IMG/VR virus record: IMGVR_UViG_3300042879_004886
Strand: one strand, 5' to 3'
Source of the DNA: an uncultured virus (IMG/VR IMGVR_UViG_3300042879_004886)
Taxonomy: Duplodnaviria; Heunggongvirae; Uroviricota; Caudoviricetes
Length of the DNA: 64,000 nt
Part shown: piece after piece, positions 45,431 through 52,308 of the stretch
Position numbering within the stretch: the first letter of the stretch is position 1
Layout: each line of letters opens with the position of its first letter
Position numbers and translations under genes: made by a program
The notes under the pieces: model-generated
The model's database searches: none
Seen by the model: the letters and a program-made list of their open reading frames with translations, nothing else
What the model was told of the DNA's origin: nothing

Positions 45431-45502
45431 GCCACTTTAGCTCAACGGCAGAGCAGTGCTTTTGTAAAGCACAGGTTGCGGGTTCGAATCCCACAAGTGG
45501 CT
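45431..45502 (+). tRNA. tRNA-Thr(UGU)
   Basis: GTGCT-TT-TGT-AA-AGCAC. Confidence 0.95.
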
Positions 45503-45505
45503 TTT

Positions 45506-45588
45506 GCGAGTTTACTCAAGTGGTCAACGAGGGCAGACTGTAAATCTGCTGGCTTATGCCTACGAAGGTTCGAATCCTTCAGCTCGCA
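45506..45588 (+). tRNA. tRNA-Tyr(GUA)
   Basis: GCAGA-CT-GTA-AA-TCTGC; long variable arm. Confidence 0.95.
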
Positions 45589-45590
45589 TT

Positions 45591-45706
45591 GGGTGATCGG
45601 CGTGGTGAGAACACGCAGTCTTGAGAAGAGTCTTGCCAGCGTAAAACGGTCTACGGTTAATCGACCGACAAAGCTGGACAAATGGGTTTAAATCCCATAT
45701 CACCTT
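45591..45706 (+). ncRNA. Non-canonical tRNA-like RNA with a giant variable arm
   Basis: GGGTGAT/ATCACCT acceptor, CGTG/CACG D arm, ATGGG-TTTAAAT-CCCAT T arm, about 42-nt extra arm. Confidence 0.7.
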
Positions 45707-45709
45707 TTT

Positions 45710-46324
45710 ATGTACAATTTAAATATCCCACATTTTTATTGTTTATTGAGAAAAGAACATCTTTATCAAGATAAAAATTATATTGGTGAATATGAAAAAG
45801 TAGCAGTTTTTGGTGCCCAATCATCATCTGCTAAAGCTTTATTATTTACAGTTATGCTTGATAACGGAACAATACGCAGTAGAGTTCCAATACATAAACT
45901 TTGCACCAAAGCATGCAAACAAGAATCTTTAGATCATTTGCAACTATGGGATTGTTTTTCAAATAATGTAACTGTCATTACATATGATTATTTGAAGGGG
46001 GCTAGAGCAAAAGTAATTTTTAAAGATAAATCTCAATGTTGGGGTGATTATATGATGACATTTGATTGGTATGAAAATCCATATAGCGACGAACCATCTC
46101 AATATAAATGTTTACATATGATAAAATTGGATAATGGAAACTTTGCTCTGCAACCCAACAATAGAATTTTTTGGAAAGAAATGTCTTTTACTACAAAACC
46201 CTTTCCAGAAAAACCAGACTATAAAGTTGATACTAAAGTTTATAGATGTGAAGATAAGAGTGATAGATGGATTCTCGGTGGCGACGATGACCAATACTAT
46301 TACGATATAGTTGAAGATAAATAA
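45710..46324 (+). CDS. Conserved phage hypothetical protein
   Basis: NIPHFYCLLRKEHLY...LQLWDCFS...LDNGNFALQPNNRI. Confidence 0.8.
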   Translation: MYNLNIPHFYCLLRKEHLYQDKNYIGEYEKVAVFGAQSSSAKALLFTVMLDNGTIRSRVPIHKLCTKACKQESLDHLQLWDCFSNNVTVITYDYLKGARAKVIFKDKSQCWGDYMMTFDWYENPYSDEPSQYKCLHMIKLDNGNFALQPNNRIFWKEMSFTTKPFPEKPDYKVDTKVYRCEDKSDRWILGGDDDQYYYDIVEDK

Positions 46325-46331
46325 TAAGTAT

Positions 46332-46427
46332 GCGTAGTCAAGCGACTGAGGATAAACGGTCAGGCTTATATGGACCTAGGTTTCTAGAACCGAGGGTTGA
46401 GAATGGGTGCAAGTCCCTCGCTACGCT
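46332..46427 (+). ncRNA. Degenerate or non-canonical tRNA-like RNA
   Basis: GCGTAGT/GCTACGC acceptor-like stem, GGG-TGCAAGT-CCC T-like arm and three internal hairpins; ATAAATA just upstream. Confidence 0.45.
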
Positions 46428-46966
46428 TTATTTTTACAGATAGAAATAAATTCACCGAGCAAATCATCAGTGAATTTATTTTTTGCATAGTTAACAGTTA
46501 AACATACAAATCTAATGTTACTTTTTATGTATCCTTTTTTGCTATCAATACGATCAATACTAGCCAAATAATTTGGATTATTGTTTTTTATATTCCAAAC
46601 AGGTAAAATTAATTTATGATTTAAAACGGCACAACACCCTTTTTGATCTTCCCAAATATCTTTTAAATCATGTAATGTGAGGTTTAATTCTTTTCCCTCT
46701 TTTGATCGAGTTTTTAGGGTACGGTATATATATCTAAAATCAGAATATTCATCTCGTTTGTTTCCACTAATGGATTTTAAATGTTTATGATTATTTTTAC
46801 TTTGTTGCCATTTTTGTATTTGTTTATTTTTTATAATTGATAATTTTCCAGAACATTGTAAACTACAGTAAAAAGGAGTTTGTTTTTTTATTTTTCTGTT
46901 ATATTCAGAAATAGATTTTTCAAAGTATTTACTACACAATTCACATTTACATGCTATTGTCTTCAT
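46421..46966 (-). CDS. HNH-like homing endonuclease
   Basis: CELC...YCSLQC N-terminus; QKGCCAV...ASIDRIDSKKGYIKSNIRFVC..VNYAK; TATAAATA upstream. Confidence 0.85.
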   Translation of the reverse strand: MKTIACKCELCSKYFEKSISEYNRKIKKQTPFYCSLQCSGKLSIIKNKQIQKWQQSKNNHKHLKSISGNKRDEYSDFRYIYRTLKTRSKEGKELNLTLHDLKDIWEDQKGCCAVLNHKLILPVWNIKNNNPNYLASIDRIDSKKGYIKSNIRFVCLTVNYAKNKFTDDLLGEFISICKNKA

Positions 46967-47018
46967 AGAATTATTTATAAATCCCGTGGTCTCCATGTTA
47001 AAGATATATAAATATATT

Positions 47019-47306
47019 TGGTATTGTTGATTTTGAATAAAAATATGTCAGACACTCGGATTCGATTTCCGATAGGTCCATTCGCCTAACCGAAGGATTC
47101 TGCAATTCCTTAGAGATGGCAATCCAAGTCCTCGTAGCAGCGGGGCAACGCTCAAAGTCCTAGGCTTTGAGCATTACGGGCCTAAAGATGGTTTCGATCT
47201 GCATAGAGTATTGAAGAAGGAGATACCCGTTACTGGCAACGAGGAACGTGAAACAACAGTTGCAAATTTAATTGCCAACGAAATGGCAATGGCTGCTTAA
47301 AGCAGT
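47019..47306 (+). ncRNA. ssrA: Circularly permuted (two-piece) tmRNA gene
   Basis: Acceptor piece ends TCGGA-TTCGATT-TCCGA-TAGGTCC-A (47080). Coding piece starts GGGCCTA at 47178 (G3-U70 pair). Tag ANEMAMAA at 47274-47300. Confidence 0.88.
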
Positions 47307-47313
47307 GGGGTTT

Positions 47314-47352
47314 CCCGGTTTTTCCCGCATCTGAAAAACCGGGTTTTTGTTT
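47314..47352 (+). terminator. Intrinsic terminator after tmRNA
   Basis: CCCGGTTTTTC-N8-GAAAAACCGGG-TTTTTGTTT. Confidence 0.8.
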
Positions 47353-47384
47353 GACATTAAATATTATCAGAGTATACTATTTGC

Positions 47385-47558
47385 ATGCCAAATTCTAAGC
47401 AACGTATTACTGCTCGTCGTCACAAGAAGCGCAAGGATCGGATTGCCCGAAACCGCGCTGCAAGCCTCATGGAGGCAAAAGTTGGTACACTTCGTGCGCT
47501 TGACGCGATTGGCCAACTCCCCAAGTCTGTCAAGCAAAAGAGACTGCCTAATGGCTAA
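47385..47558 (+). CDS. Small very basic protein
   Basis: Read manually: MPNSKQRITARRHKKRKDRIARNRAAS...; leaderless promoter at 47351. Confidence 0.65.
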   Translation: MPNSKQRITARRHKKRKDRIARNRAASLMEAKVGTLRALDAIGQLPKSVKQKRLPNG

Positions 47559-47850
47559 AACTGATACCCAGATGAGTCTTGCGGATGTTCGCAAGAAGTA
47601 TGATTCTATTGATTGCTTTTTTACCTATTATGATGGTGACAAATCTACATTTGATTTTTATGGAACTGATGCCTCTGGTTCAGAGGTTCGCATTTCCCTT
47701 GGTGGATGCCCCGCTTGGATCAAGCATATGGCTTTTGGTCCCCAAGATCCCCTAAATATTTCTGACGCAATTGAGCGCCATGTTCGATACATCTCGGTTA
47801 CCGATCATCGTGGCAAGGTAGTATACGAACAAATTTTTGACACAAACTAA
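47551..47850 (+). CDS. Hypothetical protein
   Basis: MAKTDTQ..., overlaps the upstream stop. Confidence 0.65.
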   Translation: MAKTDTQMSLADVRKKYDSIDCFFTYYDGDKSTFDFYGTDASGSEVRISLGGCPAWIKHMAFGPQDPLNISDAIERHVRYISVTDHRGKVVYEQIFDTN

Positions 47851-47858
47851 GGAATTTC

Positions 47859-48284
47859 ATGAATAACTCAGATTATAACGATTTCAACAACTGGCAAAAT
47901 GGCGACGATAATGAGATGAACAATCCAAACAACTGGAATCATGGATTTTTTTACTATGGACCAAATAACCCTGCATTCAAAAAGATGTGGGAAAACATGA
48001 ATTCCAATGGCAAGGATAATGACTTCATTGAAAACATGAAGGACTACATGAACATGAATGATATTTTGAATGCTTGGTCGAAAGAAATTTCAAAGCCTTC
48101 GAACAAGCAGCCACAAAAGAAGTATCCCAAGCCCAAGAACAAAACTACAATTTTTTCTCAAGAAGACTACTTGAAGTTGATTGAGATTCGCGGATATCTT
48201 GCCATCACGGAACAATTTGCTCATGTTAAAGCTTTAGACAAGCTTTTGAATCAAATTACTATTATTCCCAAGGATTCAAAATGA
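47859..48284 (+). CDS. Asn-rich hypothetical protein
   Basis: ORF with AAGGA SD. Confidence 0.7.
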   Translation: MNNSDYNDFNNWQNGDDNEMNNPNNWNHGFFYYGPNNPAFKKMWENMNSNGKDNDFIENMKDYMNMNDILNAWSKEISKPSNKQPQKKYPKPKNKTTIFSQEDYLKLIEIRGYLAITEQFAHVKALDKLLNQITIIPKDSK

Positions 48285-48487
48285 CAGACTACATTCCTGG
48301 TTCGGCTTATAGCGAAGGGTTTAAAGCAAGAATGAAAGGTGTTCCCAAAAACAGCGTAAACAATGAGCAACCAGTCTATTTACAGGAATGGATTGCTGGT
48401 TGGGAAGATGCTCACAAAAAAATTATTGAAGATGCTAGATCCACTGTTGGTATTGAAAAACATCCAGGATTGTTTATCCAGGATTAA
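48281..48487 (+). CDS. Small hypothetical protein (RMF-like AYxEG...WxxGW pattern)
   Basis: AYSEGFKARMKG...QEWIAGWEDA. Confidence 0.6.
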   Translation: MTDYIPGSAYSEGFKARMKGVPKNSVNNEQPVYLQEWIAGWEDAHKKIIEDARSTVGIEKHPGLFIQD

Positions 48488-50180
48488 TCATTCTTCTGAT
48501 AAAATCTTTAAAGTTTTGATTAACTTGTCCGCCAGTTAATCTTCCAAGACCTCTTTCTTCCTCTGGAGTTGGAGGTCTTACTTTTTCTGGTGTTATCAGT
48601 CTACCCACTCCATATCTTGTCTGTGCTAATGGATAATAAGTTTCATCCGAACTTGCTAATCGGTATCTGAGTCCTCTGCCAGCCATATTTGCAAGTTGAC
48701 CTGGAGTAACCAGTGCAATTTCTTTTGAAGGATCTGGGAACACTCCAAATGATGTTCCGGTAGTTCTTAATTTTTCAGCATGTTTTTCGGTCCATATTGG
48801 CGCAAGCTCATCTTGAGTGGTTTGACTATTGAACCAAGGATTTATAATGGTATCTTGTATCTTCTTGGCTTCCACTGTTCTGCCTTGTTTCATAAGATCT
48901 GCCTGTTCCTCCCATGCAGCTCTTCCATTTATTTTTGGCATTTTATCCAATACAGATTGGAAACGTTTCAAGCCAACGGGACCCGTTCCTTTAGGATTTT
49001 TTATATCTAATTTTTCTATTGATGTTTCACCCGTATCAGGTGAGAATCCAAATCCAGCGACATCAAAAGGCATTTTTGAACTTGTAGATCTTGGTAAAAG
49101 ACTTCTCACCAATCCATGATATTGTGCAATTTCTGGTTCTTTTCCTGCCTGTAATGCAGACAACAAATCTGGAATTGATCTAAAAAGTTTTCTTCCCTGT
49201 GCTTGTAATTCTGCTGTCGGAGCATCAAAAGTTACTTTTTTTTCTACCTTTTCTGCTTCAATTTTTTGTCCTTTTTCAGACATTCTTTTTTTAATTCGTT
49301 CTATTTGAGATTGTTTTGTGGCTTCTAGCTCTCCACGTAAAATATCGACAGTGTCTTTAAATGTTTGTCCAGTAAATTCAACTGGTGTAACTTCAATACC
49401 TTCTTCACTATTTTTTCTTGTAGCTACATTTTCTTGATCATCTAAAACAGAATCTTTATAAGCGGAGACCACGGCATTTTGTTCTTGAAGTATTGGTAAG
49501 TTAGTCAAATTAAATTCTTCCATGAAACTAATAGGTTTCATCTTGACCCAGTGTACTTCATGTTTGCCATTCTCTGGATTTAAAGCTCTTATTGCTATTT
49601 TTGAATCCTTGTTCCTTCTTTGAAATCTTTGAAGATATTTCTTGGTTTCACTGTCAGGGATGTGTTTCCATGCTTTGTGAGTCTTGAAGTTTTCAAGATC
49701 TTCCTTTGACACATCAAACATATGAATACCACCCATAAAAGGCGCAGGAGGAGCCCCCAAGACCTTTTCATATCCCATGACACCACCTTCACTGGTGGCC
49801 TGTGCTGGGGTTCCTAGAGTTCCTGGTGCGGTCCCCGTGGTCATGTCTTCTGTCAGGAGCGTGGTAAGATAACCCTCCACAAAGAACATGAATTCATAGG
49901 GCTTCATTCCATGTTTTTCGGCATCTTCGGTGAACATCTTGAAAGTGGTCGCATAGCTGTCCAGTGCCGATCTTGTGTAAGACATTGGAACTTGATCAAA
50001 TATTTTTTTCAATTTTATAATGAAATACTCAAAGTCATCTATGCTGCTTTCAGGCTTCAGTAGATTTCCCCGCTCATCTATGGCCCCAGATCGATAAGCA
50101 TTTAGGCTCGTATATGGAGATGACACGGCTTGTGCAAAAGAAGACAAAGAAAATGAAGGTATATATTGTGATCCGCCCAT
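48474..50180 (-). CDS. Conserved T4-like late protein with an extended C-terminus
   Basis: PYTSLNAYRSGAIDERGNLL N-terminal module; LLTE and LQE motifs. Confidence 0.75.
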   Translation of the reverse strand: MGGSQYIPSFSLSSFAQAVSSPYTSLNAYRSGAIDERGNLLKPESSIDDFEYFIIKLKKIFDQVPMSYTRSALDSYATTFKMFTEDAEKHGMKPYEFMFFVEGYLTTLLTEDMTTGTAPGTLGTPAQATSEGGVMGYEKVLGAPPAPFMGGIHMFDVSKEDLENFKTHKAWKHIPDSETKKYLQRFQRRNKDSKIAIRALNPENGKHEVHWVKMKPISFMEEFNLTNLPILQEQNAVVSAYKDSVLDDQENVATRKNSEEGIEVTPVEFTGQTFKDTVDILRGELEATKQSQIERIKKRMSEKGQKIEAEKVEKKVTFDAPTAELQAQGRKLFRSIPDLLSALQAGKEPEIAQYHGLVRSLLPRSTSSKMPFDVAGFGFSPDTGETSIEKLDIKNPKGTGPVGLKRFQSVLDKMPKINGRAAWEEQADLMKQGRTVEAKKIQDTIINPWFNSQTTQDELAPIWTEKHAEKLRTTGTSFGVFPDPSKEIALVTPGQLANMAGRGLRYRLASSDETYYPLAQTRYGVGRLITPEKVRPPTPEEERGLGRLTGGQVNQNFKDFIRRMINPG

Positions 50181-50188
50181 AAAATTAT

Positions 50189-50587
50189 TTAGTTTTCGGC
50201 ATTTAAGAGTTTTCTGTCAACTCTTGGATCTGTGTTTAGTTTTCTATAATCGACTTCTGGAATCGACTTTACATCAAATTCTAAAAAAACTAGAAAAGAT
50301 TTTAAGTAAGAATGAAGTTTTGGTTCCACCTTAAAAAATAAAATTCGGGAAGCATTTTGCTCCCCAAATACATTTCTTAATATTATTATGTGATTTATTA
50401 TTAATCTTTCACGAATTGATTTTAGTGTCTTGTACTTATGAATCTTTTGAAGCAATCTTTTTACGTATTTTATTCTTTTTAAATCGTCTATAAAATCGCT
50501 TCTCCCAAGACATTCTGGATTAAAATAGTTATCTTGACAGAAAAGAACAAAATTTTCTTCTGTCAAAACTTCTATTTTATTTTTCAT
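50189..50587 (-). CDS. Conserved T4-like hypothetical protein
   Basis: LTEENF..F..NYFNPEC..DFIDDLKRIKYVKRL...ERLIINHIIILRNVFG. Confidence 0.85.
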   Translation of the reverse strand: MKNKIEVLTEENFVLFCQDNYFNPECLGRSDFIDDLKRIKYVKRLLQKIHKYKTLKSIRERLIINHIIILRNVFGEQNASRILFFKVEPKLHSYLKSFLVFLEFDVKSIPEVDYRKLNTDPRVDRKLLNAEN

Positions 50588-50594
50588 TTTTATT

Positions 50595-51140
50595 TCAGTG
50601 TTGGCAACCACAACCAGCACCACTCTCTAATGAAGAATCAGCACTGGGTGCTATAACCATGGTTACTTTCTTTAAGAAGTTTGGTTGTCTTGTGACAGTG
50701 ACAACCAATGACAAGGAGTGGCCAAGCTTTTCCTTAATGCCATCTCCTTGAGAAAATCCTGTCTTATTAACGTCATCATAAGGATTCTGTCCATAAACCC
50801 CGATGTGAGGACTTCCATATTGAACCAGTTCAAATACATTTGGTCCCTCTTGGAGACTGCTCTTGTATGAAAAATCAAAACCAAAATGGTTTAGCTTTTG
50901 CTTTACTACAGCCAAAATGCCATCTGGATCAATGTATTCCCTTGTAGAAAAGCCATACAGCATGGCATTTATTGCATCCAAGGAATGCGGAAGCTTAATA
51001 TTGAACGTTCCCTTGTCGGTTAGGGCGCTTCCCTTTGTTTGGTTCTGTGGATCTCCGATGAACAATCCACCTCCATAGGTGTGTTCAGGGGCATTTTCTT
51101 TTAAAACAGCAATTTTGTTTAGTAATTGTTTAAATTTCAT
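50595..51140 (-). CDS. Late protein with an MKFKQLL leader
   Basis: CTAAATA upstream. Confidence 0.7.
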   Translation of the reverse strand: MKFKQLLNKIAVLKENAPEHTYGGGLFIGDPQNQTKGSALTDKGTFNIKLPHSLDAINAMLYGFSTREYIDPDGILAVVKQKLNHFGFDFSYKSSLQEGPNVFELVQYGSPHIGVYGQNPYDDVNKTGFSQGDGIKEKLGHSLSLVVTVTRQPNFLKKVTMVIAPSADSSLESGAGCGCQH

Positions 51141-52308
51141 GGTTGTCCTTATTATTTAGAACTGAAGAATTGCCTTTTAAGTGGCCCCACAAATTTGGGT
51201 TATACGTATTTTCATTTAAAGTTTTTAAAGTGTTGTTCGCAATGTCTTCCGTAACCTTTTTCCAAGATCCACCCTTGCTTTTGTAACACTTAGATGCCCA
51301 TGCATTGGCATATGCTGAAGGATAGACATCAAACTTTGCTTTAGCTTGTGCAATGCAAGAAGCCCATTTTTTTGGATCTTTTGGCTTGTTTTTCTTTGCC
51401 TCATCCAATGTCTCGGCTTCTTCTTTGAGCATTGCACTGACCGGTTTTGCGCTCCAGGTTTTGCAAGCCCAGTATCTGGCCTTCCAACGTGGTCCTGGAT
51501 TATCGCAATTATGTCTTGCACGGAAATTTTTCCGACGAGCAGGGTCGTCACGCTTTATTTCCATGTTTGGATCACCAAAGTTTACCTTAACTACATTTCC
51601 TTTGTCATTTCTTACGTAAACCTTGTATTTCTTTACGTCGCCTCTCATTATTTTGTTGAGCTTTACTTTCTTTTCACTCTCTTCATAGACCATTATCTTG
51701 TCACCAAAATCGTTGTATGCGGTTTCTTCAAGATTATCAACAAAACCCATCATTGTTTCTGCATCAAATTGCTCTGTTAGTTCACAACCATTTTCATCTG
51801 TAAACAATACAGAATAATTGTTTTCATTTATTTCGATGTGTTCTACTTCCAGAAGCTGACCAGACTCATTTATGATGACATCGCATGGAAGAAGATCCTT
51901 TGCTTGAATTGGATCAAAATTCATTTGGAATACTCCTCCACGGCTTTCTACAAGAAAGTTTTCAAATGATTCCTTAACCTCGGTCACGCCAGTTTTTACA
52001 AAAATTGGCTTCTTTCCTTTTGATTCCCCTGTTCCCTTTTTTCCTCTTCCAGCTTTCTTTTGGGCTGCTCGTTTTCTTCGAACAAATGCGCCAATCTTTT
52101 CCTTGCCAAGTTTCTTTGCCTTTTGCTTGCTGAGGCAGGCCGCATATGCATCTCCCTCTTCGGCATCTCCGCATTTTCCGACACGTTCACCTTTGGTGTT
52201 GTATCTGTCCCAGCCAGGCCCCCCGCCAGCAGATTCTTTGTTGAACCATTTTCCTAAGCCGGAATTTGCATAGACTTTTTCAAGCAAAAGTTTAACGTTC
52301 ATTTCCAA
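51130..52308 (-). CDS. Multi-module basic late protein (cyanophage-type conserved modules)
   Basis: LGKWFN...GKCG, KVNFGDPNMEIKRDDPARRKNFRARHNCD and FDVYPSAYANAW modules separated by L-x-E motifs. Confidence 0.8.
   Translation of the reverse strand: MEMNVKLLLEKVYANSGLGKWFNKESAGGGPGWDRYNTKGERVGKCGDAEEGDAYAACLSKQKAKKLGKEKIGAFVRRKRAAQKKAGRGKKGTGESKGKKPIFVKTGVTEVKESFENFLVESRGGVFQMNFDPIQAKDLLPCDVIINESGQLLEVEHIEINENNYSVLFTDENGCELTEQFDAETMMGFVDNLEETAYNDFGDKIMVYEESEKKVKLNKIMRGDVKKYKVYVRNDKGNVVKVNFGDPNMEIKRDDPARRKNFRARHNCDNPGPRWKARYWACKTWSAKPVSAMLKEEAETLDEAKKNKPKDPKKWASCIAQAKAKFDVYPSAYANAWASKCYKSKGGSWKKVTEDIANNTLKTLNENTYNPNLWGHLKGNSSVLNNKDNHEI

Noticed and set aside
46365..46400. Genome-wide amber recoding
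   Set aside because: Conserved genes translate full length in code 11, and several ORFs end plausibly at TAG.
51780..51920. Intein/Hint domain in the 392-aa protein (IQAKDLLPCDVII...VEHIE)
   Set aside because: Only a short resemblance; no N-terminal Cys block or C-terminal HN motif.
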